In this document: piece after piece, positions 20,160 through 31,019 of the stretch
How the letters are laid out: every line of letters starts with the position of its first letter
Position numbering within the stretch: position 1 is the first letter of the stretch
From: Verrucomicrobiota bacterium
Lineage (GTDB): Bacteria > Verrucomicrobiota > Verrucomicrobiia > Limisphaerales > JADLHS01
NCBI GenBank assembly: GCA_029573725.1
Contig: JAKQDQ010000042.1
Coordinates: 777 to 64,776 of the forward strand
Direction: 5' to 3'
Length of the DNA: 64,000 bases
The notes under the pieces: model-generated
The model's input: the letters and a program-made list of their open reading frames with translations, nothing else
What the model was told of the DNA's origin: nothing
Databases searched by the model: none
Program-made: the position numbers and the translations under genes

Positions 20160-20609
20160 TCAGACGTCAATCACCGGCCCGCCGCCGTCGCGGCCGGAGG
20201 CGCCGGAGGAATGTGGGCGGCGCACCTTGACGGTGGCCCGGGTGCTGCCGGTGGCGAGGTTGAGCAGTAGCGAAACCACGCTGATGATAATCGCGCCGAG
20301 CATGGCCCAGCCAAATCCTTCAATGACGAAGTTCATGCCGAATACGCTCATCATGGCTTTCACGAAGTAGAGCAGGCAGGCGTTGATGATGATGGTGAAG
20401 AAGCCCAGCGTAAACACCAGCAACGGCAGCGCGAAGAACAGCATCAACGGGCGGATGAAGGCGTTCAGCAGCCCCAGCAGCAGCGCGGCGACAAACACCG
20501 GCACCACGCCCGAGCATTCCAAGTGAGGGCGCAAAACCGTGACGGCCACCAGCACGGCAAACGCGTTGATGAGCCAGGTTTTGAAAAATTTTTTCCATTC
20601 GGAGTTCAT
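20160..20609 (-). CDS. four-TM membrane protein of the Phage_holin_4_2 (YvlD-like) family
   Basis: Start MNSEWKKFFKTWLINAFAVL, four hydrophobic helices and a Gly/Ser/Arg tail. The family is common in chromosomes and is not evidence of a prophage here. Confidence 0.65.
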   Translation of the reverse strand: MNSEWKKFFKTWLINAFAVLVAVTVLRPHLECSGVVPVFVAALLLGLLNAFIRPLMLFFALPLLVFTLGFFTIIINACLLYFVKAMMSVFGMNFVIEGFGWAMLGAIIISVVSLLLNLATGSTRATVKVRRPHSSGASGRDGGGPVIDV

Positions 20610-20735
20610 TCGTCCGCCTCGCACCGGAAGGAACATGGGGGAGAATCGGGATGGACACAAGCGACAATCCCGGAAACGGCCGGACTGGCCGGGGCGGGAC
20701 GTGGAAAAACCTCGCGGCGGCGCGCGCTTGTGCGC

Positions 20736-23700
20736 ATGCTACGGGCGATGAATCTCCGGGTTTTATTCTGGGCCGGCATGGGGTGGGCGACCTGCGCGCT
20801 GGGGACGGAAGCGCCGCGCGGGTATTATCGTTTCCCCACGCTGCACCACGACACGATTGTTTTCACGGCGGAAGGGGATTTGTGGCGCGTGGCCTGCAGC
20901 GGCGGCGTGGCGCAGCGGATCACTTCCCACCTGGGGACGGAGGCGGACGCCGCCATTTCTCCTGATGGTCAGACCCTGGCCTTCAGCGCCGAGTACGAAG
21001 GGCCAACGGAGGTTTACACGATGCCGCTGACGGGGGGATTGCCCGCGCGCCGCACCTTTCATGGCACCACCGCGCGGGTGGTGGGCTGGACGCCGCAGGG
21101 CCGGTTGCTGTACACGACCGAAGCGTTTTCCACGCTGCCCAACTGGCAACTGGTCGCGCTGGATCTGTCCACCGGCGCCCGCACGATTGTCCCGCTCGCG
21201 CAGGCCAGCCAGGGGGCGTACGACGAGCGCGAGCAGCAATTGTTCTTCACGCGACTGGCGCGACAGAGCAGCAGCACCAAGCGCTACACCGGCGGCACGG
21301 CGGAGAATCTTTGGCGCTTCGGCGCGGGGGAGGCGGAGGCGGTGCCGCTGCTGCCCGATTTCCAGGGGCAGAGCCGGAATCCGATGTGGTGGCAGGGGCG
21401 CGTGTATTTCGCTGCAGATCTGGATGGCGTGATGAATCTGTGGTCCATGAATCCGGACGGTTCGGACCGGCGCCAGCTCACGCACCACCGCCAGTTTGAG
21501 GTGAAGACGCCGGCGCAACAGGGCGGGCGGATCGTGTACCAGCACGGTGGGGATTTGCGGTTGTACGACATTGCCACGGGCCAGGATGCCGTGGTGGACA
21601 TCCGGCTGGCGTCGGACTTTGACCAGATGCGCGAGCGCTGGGTGAAGCGCCCGCTGGATTTTCTCACCAGCGCCCACGTTTCGCCGGAGGGCGACCGGGT
21701 GGTGTTGACGGCGCGCGGCAAGATTTTTGTGGCGCCCGTCGCCTCGGGGCGGTTCATTGAATGGCCGTCGCCGGCGGGCGTGCGTTATCGCGGCGCCCGC
21801 TTTATGCCGGACGGCAAAACGTTGCTGGCCTTGTCGGATGAAACCGGGGAGTGGGAATGCTGCCAGCTGCCCGCCAACGGGGTCGGGCCCGCCGAGCCCT
21901 TGACCCGGAACGGCACGGTTTACCGCTTCAGCCCGCAGCCCTCACCAGACGGCAAATATCTGGCCTGGTCGGACAAGGATCGCAAGCTGTGGTTGTTCAA
22001 AATGAAGGGACGGAAGACGAAATTGATTGCGACCTCGAAACACTCCGGCTTCGATGAGCTTGCGTGGTCGCCGGACAGTCAATGGCTCGCCTATACCGAT
22101 CCGGCCAGCAATCTGGTGCAGCAGATTCATCTGTATCGCCTGTCCGACGGCACCACGAGCACCGTGACCAGCGATCGGGTGGACAGTTATAGTCCCGCGT
22201 TTTCGCCAGATGGCAACTGGCTGTATTTTTTGAGCGACCGGCAATTGCGCTCGTTGGTGACCAGTCCGTGGGGCGCGCGGCAACCCGAACCGTTCTTCAC
22301 TGAAACCACGAAGATTTACGCGCTGGCGTTAAAGGATGATCTGCGCTGGCCATTTCAACCCCAGGACGAACTGCAATCGGAAAAGAAAGCGGAAAAATCC
22401 AGCAAGAGCAAAGCCCCCAAGGTCAATTTGAAGGGCTTGTCAGAGCGGTTGCATGAAGTGCCGGTGGAAGCGGGGAATTATTCGCGTCTGGAAGTGACCG
22501 CGAAACATTTGCTGTACGTGGCGCGCGGCGTGGGCTTTGAGGCCAAGCCGCAATTGCTGCAGCTCGCAATCACCAATAACGATCCCAAACCCAAAACGCT
22601 CGTGGAAAACCTGGCGAGCTATGAACGGGCCGCGAAAGGAAAGAAGCTGCTGATTCGCAAAGGAGACGCGTTTTATGTGGTGGCGGCGGATAGCAGCGCG
22701 CCGGCGAAGTTGGATGAGCGCCTGAAGCTGGATGATTGGACGCTCTCGATTGTTCCCCGCGAAGAATGGCGGCAGATTTACGTGGAATCGTGGCGGATGT
22801 TGCGTGATTTCTTCTACGACCGGGGCATGCACGGTGTGGATTGGCCGGCGATGCGCGCGAAATACCAGCCACTGGTGGAACGTGTCAGCGATCGCGCCGA
22901 GTTGAGCGATGTAATTTACGATCTCGCAGGCGAATTGTCGGCGTTGCACATTTTCGTCCGTTACGGCGATCAACGGGAAGGGTTGGACAACGTGCGTCCG
23001 GCCTCCCTGGGCGCACGGTTGGTGCCGGACGCTGGCGCGGGCGGCTGGCGGATTGAACACATTTACCGTGGCGATCCGGATTATCCCGAGGCGCTTGCGC
23101 CGCTCAGCCGGCCGGGTGTGGCGGCGGAGGCGGGAGACCTCATCACCGCCATCAACGGACGCAATCCGTTGGAGGGGGGCAGCCCCGAGCTGCTCCTGCG
23201 CCACCAGGCCGGCCAGCAGGTGTTGCTGGAACTCCAGCCCCGGTCCGGAGGCGCGAGACGCCGGGCAATCGTGGTGCCGATTTCCGCCGCGGCGGAGGCG
23301 GAGCTGCGCTATACCGAATGGGAACTGACGCGGCGCGAACGGGTGGAGCAGGTGGGGCAGGGGCAGATCGGTTACGTGCATTTGCGGGCCATGGGCGCGA
23401 AAGACATTGCCGATTGGGCGAAGGGCTTTTTCCCGGTGTTCAACCGGCCGGGATTGATCATTGACGTGCGCAACAACCGCGGCGGCAACATTGACGCGTG
23501 GATTCTGGAAAAGCTCCTGCGCAAAGCCTGGTTCTACTGGCAGCCGCGCGTTGGCGATCCGTATTGGAACATGCACTATGCGTTTCGCGGCCATCTCACG
23601 GTGCTGTGCAACGAACGCACCGCCAGCGACGGGGAGGCCTTCAGCGAAGGCATCAAACGGCTAGGGCTGGGCAAGGTCATCGGCACGCGCACTTGGGGCG

Positions 23701-23975
23701 GGGAAGTCTGGCTTTCCGCACAACGCTGGCTGGTGGACCGCGGCATGGCGACGGCGGCGGAAACGGGCGTGTATGGTCCGGAGGGCGAGTGGTTGATCGA
23801 GGGGCACGGCGTGGACCCGGACATCGTCGTGGATAATCTGCCGCATGCCACCTTCAACGGCCAGGATGCGCAATTGGATGCGGCGATCAGCCATCTCCAG
23901 GAATTGATCGCGCAGGATCCGCGGCCCGTTCCGCCTCCGCCCCGGTATCCGGATAAATCATTCCGCGCCAAGTAG
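20736..23975 (+). CDS. tricorn-like protease (TolB-type beta-propellers + PDZ + S41 peptidase)
   Basis: N-terminus YYRFPTLHHDTIVFTAEGDLWRV, repeated PDG propeller motifs and a C-terminal S41 region (NNRGGN...TASDGEAF). The start is at 20736 or 20748, after a signal-like segment. Confidence 0.85.
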   Translation: MLRAMNLRVLFWAGMGWATCALGTEAPRGYYRFPTLHHDTIVFTAEGDLWRVACSGGVAQRITSHLGTEADAAISPDGQTLAFSAEYEGPTEVYTMPLTGGLPARRTFHGTTARVVGWTPQGRLLYTTEAFSTLPNWQLVALDLSTGARTIVPLAQASQGAYDEREQQLFFTRLARQSSSTKRYTGGTAENLWRFGAGEAEAVPLLPDFQGQSRNPMWWQGRVYFAADLDGVMNLWSMNPDGSDRRQLTHHRQFEVKTPAQQGGRIVYQHGGDLRLYDIATGQDAVVDIRLASDFDQMRERWVKRPLDFLTSAHVSPEGDRVVLTARGKIFVAPVASGRFIEWPSPAGVRYRGARFMPDGKTLLALSDETGEWECCQLPANGVGPAEPLTRNGTVYRFSPQPSPDGKYLAWSDKDRKLWLFKMKGRKTKLIATSKHSGFDELAWSPDSQWLAYTDPASNLVQQIHLYRLSDGTTSTVTSDRVDSYSPAFSPDGNWLYFLSDRQLRSLVTSPWGARQPEPFFTETTKIYALALKDDLRWPFQPQDELQSEKKAEKSSKSKAPKVNLKGLSERLHEVPVEAGNYSRLEVTAKHLLYVARGVGFEAKPQLLQLAITNNDPKPKTLVENLASYERAAKGKKLLIRKGDAFYVVAADSSAPAKLDERLKLDDWTLSIVPREEWRQIYVESWRMLRDFFYDRGMHGVDWPAMRAKYQPLVERVSDRAELSDVIYDLAGELSALHIFVRYGDQREGLDNVRPASLGARLVPDAGAGGWRIEHIYRGDPDYPEALAPLSRPGVAAEAGDLITAINGRNPLEGGSPELLLRHQAGQQVLLELQPRSGGARRRAIVVPISAAAEAELRYTEWELTRRERVEQVGQGQIGYVHLRAMGAKDIADWAKGFFPVFNRPGLIIDVRNNRGGNIDAWILEKLLRKAWFYWQPRVGDPYWNMHYAFRGHLTVLCNERTASDGEAFSEGIKRLGLGKVIGTRTWGGEVWLSAQRWLVDRGMATAAETGVYGPEGEWLIEGHGVDPDIVVDNLPHATFNGQDAQLDAAISHLQELIAQDPRPVPPPPRYPDKSFRAK

Positions 23976-23990
23976 CCAGCGTTGCTCCAA

Positions 23991-25253
23991 TTATTCGTAG
24001 CGCAGTGATTCGATGGGATCGAGCTGGGCGGCCTTGTAGGCGGGATAGGTGCCGAAGAGGATGCCGACGGCCGAGCAGATCACCAGGCCGATCACGATCC
24101 AGTCGAGGGGCAGGGCGGGTTGGACTTTGAGCAAATATGCGGTGACGTTGCCGCCGAGGATGCCGAGCAATACCCCGATCGCACCGCCGACTTCGCATAA
24201 TACCACGGCTTCCACGATGAACTGCGTCATGATGTTACGTTTCTTCGCGCCGATGGCCCGGCGGATGCCGATTTCGCGCGTCCGTTCGGTCACGGACACC
24301 AGCATGATGTTCATGATGCCGATGCCTGCCGCCAGCAACGCAATTGCGCTGACCACCGCCACGCCGACACGGGCGGCGAACGTCAGCCCGCGAAATTGCC
24401 GGATGAGGGAATCGTTGGAGGAGATTTCAAAGTCGTCCGGCTCGCCCGGCGGCACCTTGCGCGCCACGCGCAGCACGCTGCGAACCTGCTCGACGCAATC
24501 GTCGTAACCGGCCTGGTTCCGGGCTTGCACCAGCAGCGTCAAACTGCGCCAGGTGTTGCCGCCATAACGGTTCAAACCCAGGGTGATCGGCACGGCCACG
24601 AAATTGTCCTGTCCCTCCCCCATGCGGGTGCTGGCTTCCAAAACCCCCACCACGACATGCGTCACCCCGTCGAACTTGATCGTCTGGCCGACCGCGTGGC
24701 CGCGGGGGAACAGTTTCCGCGCCAGCTTGTTCCCCAGCAAACACACAAACCGCGCCGCCTCCACATCCGCCGCCTGCAAGCTGCGGCCGGTCGCGAGGTC
24801 CAAGCCCTTGCACGCCAGCGCTTCCGGGGTCACGCCCAACAGCGTCACGTCGGGATCGGTGGTGACGAACCGCGAGGCCGCCTCGGCCTGCCGGAATTCC
24901 GCCTCCGCGCCCACCGCCGTGGCCAGGGTGGCGCGTTCCTGCAGCACGCGCAGATGCTGCAACGTCAACGGTTGGCGGCGGCGGAACTTTTCCCAGCCTT
25001 GCGGTCCTTCAAAGGAAAGGGTCGGCCACTTGTCCACCGTGAACGTGTGCGCACCCAATCCGCTTAACTCGCGTTCGATGTTGCTTTGCAGCACACGCAT
25101 GGCGGTCATTGTTACAATGATCGAAAACACGCCCACGACGACGCCAAGCAGGGTCAGAGTCGCGCGTAATTTGTGGGCGGCCAGGGCGCTCAGGGCCATC
25201 ACGAAGCTCTCCCGCACTTCGTCGAACCACAGGGTGGAACGCCGTTTTTTCAT
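23991..25253 (-). CDS. ABC transporter permease (MacB/FtsX family)
   Basis: N-terminal TM helix, a large periplasmic domain and C-terminal FtsX-type TM helices with the ERTREIGIRRAIGA motif. Confidence 0.85.
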   Translation of the reverse strand: MKKRRSTLWFDEVRESFVMALSALAAHKLRATLTLLGVVVGVFSIIVTMTAMRVLQSNIERELSGLGAHTFTVDKWPTLSFEGPQGWEKFRRRQPLTLQHLRVLQERATLATAVGAEAEFRQAEAASRFVTTDPDVTLLGVTPEALACKGLDLATGRSLQAADVEAARFVCLLGNKLARKLFPRGHAVGQTIKFDGVTHVVVGVLEASTRMGEGQDNFVAVPITLGLNRYGGNTWRSLTLLVQARNQAGYDDCVEQVRSVLRVARKVPPGEPDDFEISSNDSLIRQFRGLTFAARVGVAVVSAIALLAAGIGIMNIMLVSVTERTREIGIRRAIGAKKRNIMTQFIVEAVVLCEVGGAIGVLLGILGGNVTAYLLKVQPALPLDWIVIGLVICSAVGILFGTYPAYKAAQLDPIESLRYE

Positions 25254-25365
25254 GCGGCAAGGACCGGGGTGAAAGCTGGGTCGCCCGCAGGAAAAGTCGC
25301 GTCGGTTCGGAATCGCGCGGCGGACGTGTTCAGCCGGGCCGGGCTTGGTGATTTTGTTGGCGCAT

Positions 25366-26613
25366 TCATTCGCTTCTCAAGGCGTCCACCGGATTCATGC
25401 GGGCGGCGCGCCAGGCGGGGAGAAAACCGGCGAGGATGCCGGTCAGCGCGGAAACGCCAAGCGCCAGCGCGGCAATGGGCAGCGACAAGGTGGCGGGAAA
25501 AAAACGGGCAATACCCCAGGTGATGAGCGTCGCCAGCCCGAGGCCGATCAGTCCGCCCAGCAGACAAATGACTGCGGCTTCAATCAGGAATTGAATCAAG
25601 ATGGCGCGACGTTTGGCGCCTACGGCTTTGCGGACGCCGATTTCGCGGGTGCGCTCCGTGACCGAAACGAACATGATGTTCATGATGCCAATGCCGCCCA
25701 CGAACAGTGACAAACCGGTGATGAACAGGCCCACGCCGCCAATGATTCGGGAGACCTGGGTGAACTTCTGAATGAATGCTTCGAGCGAATTGACGGAGAA
25801 ATCGTCCGGGTCCGTGGGCGGCAGCCGCCGCACGTGGCGCATGACCGCGCGCACCTCCTCCCGGGCGTCTTCCAGGTGCGCCAATCCGCCAACCTTGACG
25901 GCAATCCGGATGCCGGGAAAGAACGTGAACCCGCGTCCCATCAGCGTGACCGGAATGTGCGCGGTGTTGTCGAGGTTTTCAATGCCCAGAAACTTGCCTT
26001 TTTTTTCCAGCACTCCGATGACTTCGAAGGCCATGTCGTCAATGCGCACCCGGCGGCCCACTGCCTGGCCGTGCGGGAAAAAGTTGCGGGCCACGTCGGC
26101 GCCCAGCACGCAAACCGGCCGGTGGCCCTCCACTTCGGCGGCCGTGAAATAGCGGCCTGCCGAAAAGCTCAGATCATCGGTGACCACGGCGGTCTCGGTG
26201 TTGCCCACCAGGAACACGCCGGTGGCGACGTTATGGCCGTAGCGCAGGGTGCGCACGCCCACGGACTGCAAATTGACGTGCCAGTGGGGATTGGCCTTGC
26301 GGATGAAGGCGTGTCCGTCCGCCAGGTAAATCTCCCGTCGTTTGAGCAGCTTCCACCAGGGCTCCTCATTGAACCACGGCCATTTCTGGATGAAGAACAC
26401 GTCCGTGCCGACGGCCGAAACGCTGGTGAGGAAGGCCGCGTTCAAGCCGCGAATCGCCGCGCCCATCAGGGTCACGGTGACGATGCCGATGATGATTCCC
26501 AAAGTGGTCAACACGGCGCGCAACTTGTTCGCTCCGATCGCATCCCAGGCAATGCGCAACCCCTCAACCATCTCGAGTAGTAATTTCATGACGGGCCGAA
26601 CGTGATTTCGCAC
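25366..26613 (-). CDS. ABC transporter permease (MacB/FtsX family)
   Basis: Paralogous architecture to the previous gene, with the ERTREIGVRKAVGA motif. Confidence 0.85.
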   Translation of the reverse strand: MRNHVRPVMKLLLEMVEGLRIAWDAIGANKLRAVLTTLGIIIGIVTVTLMGAAIRGLNAAFLTSVSAVGTDVFFIQKWPWFNEEPWWKLLKRREIYLADGHAFIRKANPHWHVNLQSVGVRTLRYGHNVATGVFLVGNTETAVVTDDLSFSAGRYFTAAEVEGHRPVCVLGADVARNFFPHGQAVGRRVRIDDMAFEVIGVLEKKGKFLGIENLDNTAHIPVTLMGRGFTFFPGIRIAVKVGGLAHLEDAREEVRAVMRHVRRLPPTDPDDFSVNSLEAFIQKFTQVSRIIGGVGLFITGLSLFVGGIGIMNIMFVSVTERTREIGVRKAVGAKRRAILIQFLIEAAVICLLGGLIGLGLATLITWGIARFFPATLSLPIAALALGVSALTGILAGFLPAWRAARMNPVDALRSE

Positions 26614-26679
26614 TGTTGCCGTTGCGTCGGGGGAAATGTTGGTCGGGAGTTCATTGGGAAATGATGGCGGCGCACCAGG

Positions 26680-27372
26680 TCATGATTTGCGTTCCAGCCG
26701 TTCGTCGCTCGCGATCAATCCGTCCCGAATGCGAAGGATGCGCCGCGCTTGACGAGCAATATCCTCCTCGTGAGTGACCAGAATAATGGTGTTGCCCTTT
26801 TGGGCGAGTTCCTCGAACAACGCCATGATTTCCTCGCCGGTCTTCGAGTCGAGGTTGCCAGTAGGTTCGTCCGCCAGCAGGATGGACGGCTGGTTCACCA
26901 GCGCGCGGGCCACCGCCACACGCTGGCGCTGGCCGCCGGAGAGTTCGTTGGGGCGGTGATGCACCCGGTCCCCCAGGCCGACTTGCTGGAGTGCGGTCAG
27001 GGCGGTTTGCCGGCGTTCGTCCGCGTGGACGCCCGCGTAGATCAGCGGCAGTTCGACATTGTGCAGGGCGTTCGACCGCGGCAGCAGGTTGAAAGTTTGA
27101 AACACGAAGCCGATCTCGCGGTTGCGCACCTCGGCCAGTTCGTTGTCGTCCATCTCGCTGACGTCGGTGCCGTTGAGTTCGTAGCGACCCGAGGTTGGCG
27201 AGTCCAGGCAGCCGAGCACGTTCATCAGCGTGGATTTTCCCGAACCGGACGGGCCCATGATTGCGACGTACTCGCCGCGCTGAATCTCCAGTGAAACCTC
27301 GCGCAAGGCGTGAATGGTTTCCGTCCCCATTTGATAGCGGCGCGAAATATTCTGCAGACGGATGAGGCTCAT
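26680..27372 (-). CDS. ABC transporter ATP-binding protein (MacB/LolD-type)
   Basis: Walker [10 protein letters not shown], signature LSGGQRQR and Walker B ILLADEPT. The start is set at MSLIRLQNI. Confidence 0.9.
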   Translation of the reverse strand: MSLIRLQNISRRYQMGTETIHALREVSLEIQRGEYVAIMGPSGSGKSTLMNVLGCLDSPTSGRYELNGTDVSEMDDNELAEVRNREIGFVFQTFNLLPRSNALHNVELPLIYAGVHADERRQTALTALQQVGLGDRVHHRPNELSGGQRQRVAVARALVNQPSILLADEPTGNLDSKTGEEIMALFEELAQKGNTIILVTHEEDIARQARRILRIRDGLIASDERLERKS

Positions 27373-27472
27373 TCGGGCGAAGCGGGTGGTTCGCAACCGG
27401 GATATTGGACAATCAACCCAGTCCGCCGGCGACGAGAACTGCCATGACCCTCACTGTGCCGGGCGCGTGCCG

Positions 27473-28750
27473 TCATGGCTTTTCCTGGTCTCCTTCGGAG
27501 TCCGGTTTGCCGATGCGAATTTTTTTGCCGTCCTCCAGCTCGCGGTTGATGGCCTTGTAACCGCCCGACACGATTTCCATGCCTTCCGTCAATCCCTCGG
27601 TGATTTCCCAGTGGTCCTCATCGCTGATTCCAATTTTCACGGGCGCCATTTTCACGTGGTCTCCTTCCCGGACGAAGACCACCGAGACGGGTTTGGGGGA
27701 CTCCTTCGCTTTGCGACCGCTTTTCGTGGCGTCGGGGGCGGCGACGGGATTCTGCTCCGGCCCCTTGGGGATGCGGGCGGCCACACTGGCAATCGGCACG
27801 GTCAACACGTTGGTGCGGTAGCGGGTTTCCACGTAGGCGGTCACGGACATGCCCGGTCGAAATGCGGCCTTGTCCTGAATGCGGATTTTCACCTCGAACT
27901 TGGTGGCTTCTTGGCTGGTATTGCCGAGTGCGCTGGTTTTCGACGAATTGGCGATCTCGGAGACCTGTCCCCAAAACCGGCGGTCCTTGAACGCATCCAC
28001 CTCGAGTTGCGCCTTCTGTCCGGGACGGAGCAGGACGATGTCCGTTTCACCGATGTCCACCCGCGCCTCCATGTCGTTGAGATCGGCCACGGTCATGATT
28101 TCCGTGCCCGCCATCATGGTGTTGCCCGCCACGCGCTCGCCGACCTCGAGGTTCAGCTTGCTGACCGTGCCGGTGATGGGCGAATCAATGGTGGTTTTAG
28201 CCAGTTCCTCTTCGGCTCGCGCCAGTGAGGCCTTGGCTACATCGGCCTGATGTTGGGCCGATTCGACCTGCGCCTGCGCGATCTCGAGTGCGGTCTTGAA
28301 TTCGAGGAAGGTCGAATCCGAGATCAGTTGCGAGTGGAACAGGTCCTCATTGCGCTGGGCTTCCAATTCGGCCTTGGCGAGGTTGGCCTGCGCCAGTTTC
28401 AAGCTGGAGAGGGACGATTGATACGCCGCCTCGGACGAGCGTTGTTGCGCTTGATAAACGTCGGGTTTGATCCGCACCAGCAAATCGCCGCGCTTGACGC
28501 TCTGGCCTTCCTTGACCGCAAGCTCAATGATTTCACCGCTGACCTCGGCGCTGATTTTTACCTGCACCACAGGTTGGATGCGCCCGTTGGCCACCACGAT
28601 CTCCGTCAGATTGCGCCGCACCACTTTTTCGGTCTGCACGGTGATGGGCGCTTCACGGCGCTTGTAGATGACGGCCACGGCCAGTGCCGCCACCACCACG
28701 ACGATGAGTGCGATGACGATTGGCTTGCGGCCCTTTTTGGTGTTTGCCAT
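27473..28750 (-). CDS. efflux periplasmic adaptor subunit (HlyD/MacA family)
   Basis: Start MANTKKGRKPIVIALIVVVV (TM anchor), then lipoyl/barrel-sandwich and long coiled-coil segments. It is the first gene of the ABC efflux operon. Confidence 0.85.
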   Translation of the reverse strand: MANTKKGRKPIVIALIVVVVAALAVAVIYKRREAPITVQTEKVVRRNLTEIVVANGRIQPVVQVKISAEVSGEIIELAVKEGQSVKRGDLLVRIKPDVYQAQQRSSEAAYQSSLSSLKLAQANLAKAELEAQRNEDLFHSQLISDSTFLEFKTALEIAQAQVESAQHQADVAKASLARAEEELAKTTIDSPITGTVSKLNLEVGERVAGNTMMAGTEIMTVADLNDMEARVDIGETDIVLLRPGQKAQLEVDAFKDRRFWGQVSEIANSSKTSALGNTSQEATKFEVKIRIQDKAAFRPGMSVTAYVETRYRTNVLTVPIASVAARIPKGPEQNPVAAPDATKSGRKAKESPKPVSVVFVREGDHVKMAPVKIGISDEDHWEITEGLTEGMEIVSGGYKAINRELEDGKKIRIGKPDSEGDQEKP

Positions 28751-28992
28751 GTACGGTCTTCGTTTACGCGACGATCCGGTCCGCGGGTGGAGGATGCCCG
28801 CAGCCGGGCTCCGGAAACGGGCGCGGCCACGCCACCGCAGCGTCCGGAATGGTCCCCGAAAAATCCATGCGCCGAACTGTAGCAGTTCACGGCAAAAGTC
28901 CAAGTGGGATTGGCGGGACCCGCGCGGCCGCACACTTCCGGAAAGCGTTCCGGGATTGCTGAATGCCGCGTTTCGCCGCAGGATGAGGCGCG

Positions 28993-29832
28993 ATGAGCAA
29001 ACACGCCCCCGTGACCACCAGGCGGCCGGCCTGGCCTCCGGTTTTGCAGGTATCCCAACTCCGGGTTCGCCGTGGCCGAACCACCATTTTGCGTGAAATC
29101 AACTGGCGGGTGAACCGCCGCGAACATTGGGTCATCCTCGGCGCCAATGGTTCAGGCAAAACCTCCCTGCTCAGCGCGTTGACGGGTTATTTGATGCCCA
29201 CCAGCGGGACCATTTCCGTGCTGGGTGAAACTTACGGGGAAACGGACTGGCGCGAATTGCGGAAACGGATCGGCCTGGTCAGTTCGGCCTTGCGGCAGCG
29301 GATGGCGGATACCGAGCCGGCGTTGGAGAGTGTGGTCGGCGGCCGGTACGCCATGATTGATTTTTGGGGGCAACCAACGCCCGCCGACCGCCGGGCCGCC
29401 CGGCACTGGCTGCGCCAGGTGGGCGGTGCGCGGCTGGCGGATCGGCCGTGGGGTGTTTTATCGCAGGGTGAACGGCAGCGGATTCTCATTGCGCGCGCCT
29501 TGATGGCGCGGCCGGCTCTGTTGATTCTGGACGAACCGTGCGCAGGTTTGGATCCGACGGCCCGCGAGCGTTTCCTGCAGTTCCTGCAACGACTCGGCCG
29601 GCAGCCCGGCGCGCCGGCGCTGGTGCTCGTGACCCATCATGTGGAGGAAATCATGCCGGTCTTCTCGCATGTATTGTTGTTGCACCGGGGCGGGGTTTTG
29701 GCGGCCGGCCGGAAGCCGGCGGTGCTCACCCGGCCGGCGCTGGCGGAGGCGTTTGGCGTCCCGGTGCTGCTCACGCGGTATGCCGGGCGCTGGCACCTGC
29801 AGGTGCGGCCGCCCCGCCGTCTCGTTGTTTGA
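28993..29832 (+). CDS. ABC transporter ATP-binding protein (stand-alone, ModF-like)
   Basis: Walker A GANGSGKTS, signature LSQGERQR and Walker B LILDEPCAGLD. Confidence 0.8.
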   Translation: MSKHAPVTTRRPAWPPVLQVSQLRVRRGRTTILREINWRVNRREHWVILGANGSGKTSLLSALTGYLMPTSGTISVLGETYGETDWRELRKRIGLVSSALRQRMADTEPALESVVGGRYAMIDFWGQPTPADRRAARHWLRQVGGARLADRPWGVLSQGERQRILIARALMARPALLILDEPCAGLDPTARERFLQFLQRLGRQPGAPALVLVTHHVEEIMPVFSHVLLLHRGGVLAAGRKPAVLTRPALAEAFGVPVLLTRYAGRWHLQVRPPRRLVV

Positions 29833-29886
29833 ATCGTCCTGAACTTGGCACTTGGAAGTTCCCGGGTGACGCCCTATAAATCTGCC

Positions 29887-30603
29887 ATGCCAAGTTTACT
29901 GGCCCAGGGTGGTTTGCAGCCCTCGCTGTTGATGTTCGCCAGTGCGCCGGATGCCGCCTCGGTGGCGCACAAAATGACCATGCCCAATCTGCTGGCCGAC
30001 GGCGGGCCCATGTTGTGGGTGATCCTGTTCGCCGGTGCGGCCGGACTGGTCGTGTTCATTGAGCGCGCCCTGCATTGTCATCGCGCGCAGATCAATTCCG
30101 CCGAATTCCTCAACGGCGTCCGCACGGTCATCAAGCGGAACAATCTGGTGGAGGCGATTTCCATTTGCGACGCCACTCCCGGTCCGGTGGCGCGGCTGGT
30201 GAAGACCGCCATTCTCAACCGGGATTTTGGTCGCGAGCGGGTGCGCGAATCCCTGGAGGAAACCGGGCTGAGCGAAGTGCCGCGTCTGGAGAAACACCTG
30301 GACCTGCTGGCCACCATTGCGCAGCTTGCGCCGTTGCTCGGGTTGTTGGGCACGGTGCTCGGGTTCATCAAGACGTTTGCCACGCTGCAAAGTCAGGCGC
30401 TGTACGCCAACAGCAATTTGATGGCCGCGGGTGTTGGCCAGGCGCTCATTTGTTGCGCCGCCGGCCTGGCGGTCGCAATCCCGATCCATGCCGGCTACAA
30501 CTATCTGGTCAGCCGCGTCAACGCCATCGTCACGGACATGGAACGCACGGCCAACGAGATCGTGAACATCGTCACGGAAAACGGATCGGACCGACAACCA
30601 TGA
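29887..30603 (+). CDS. MotA/TolQ/ExbB proton-channel family protein
   Basis: Three TM helices and the conserved C-terminal region LGLLGTVLGFI...G.ALI.CAAGL. The start may be 29887 or 29974. Confidence 0.8.
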   Translation: MPSLLAQGGLQPSLLMFASAPDAASVAHKMTMPNLLADGGPMLWVILFAGAAGLVVFIERALHCHRAQINSAEFLNGVRTVIKRNNLVEAISICDATPGPVARLVKTAILNRDFGRERVRESLEETGLSEVPRLEKHLDLLATIAQLAPLLGLLGTVLGFIKTFATLQSQALYANSNLMAAGVGQALICCAAGLAVAIPIHAGYNYLVSRVNAIVTDMERTANEIVNIVTENGSDRQP

Positions 30604-31019
30604 AATTTCCGCGGCGCCGACGTTTGTTGCGCAATCCGTTCGACGCAACGGCTTACGCCGCCGTGTTCTTTTTGCTGGTGATTTTTGTCCTGCTCAGTTC
30701 CCGCCTTTACACCCCGGGCATCAAAATCCATCTGCCCGCCGCGGCGGATCTGCCGGGGACGGACCGGCCAACCCTCACCGTGGCCATGGATGAGTTCGGC
30801 CGGTATTTTTTTCAAAATCAATTGATTGAGGCGGCCGCCTTGCAGCAATCCCTGCAGCGGGCCAGCCAGCAGTCGGCCGAGCCCCTGACGTTGATCATCC
30901 TGCTGGATGAAGCAGTGCGCTACAAAAATGTGCAGGCGTTGCAGTTGTTGGCGCGGGCCGCGGGCATCCACGATTCGCTCATTGCCACCACGCCGCCCGC
31001 CGGCAGCCCGACCCCATGA
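30600..31019 (+). CDS. ExbD/TolR family biopolymer transport protein
   Basis: The ATG overlaps the exbB-like stop (ATGA). It has an N-terminal TM helix (AAVFFLLVIFVLL) and a periplasmic domain of about 139 aa. Confidence 0.8.
   Translation: MKFPRRRRLLRNPFDATAYAAVFFLLVIFVLLSSRLYTPGIKIHLPAAADLPGTDRPTLTVAMDEFGRYFFQNQLIEAAALQQSLQRASQQSAEPLTLIILLDEAVRYKNVQALQLLARAAGIHDSLIATTPPAGSPTP

Noticed and set aside
20160-20609. The holin-family annotation read as a sign of a second prophage.
   Set aside because: This four-TM family is widespread in bacterial chromosomes. The flanking genes (trmB and the tricorn-like protease) are core genes, and no other phage genes are nearby.
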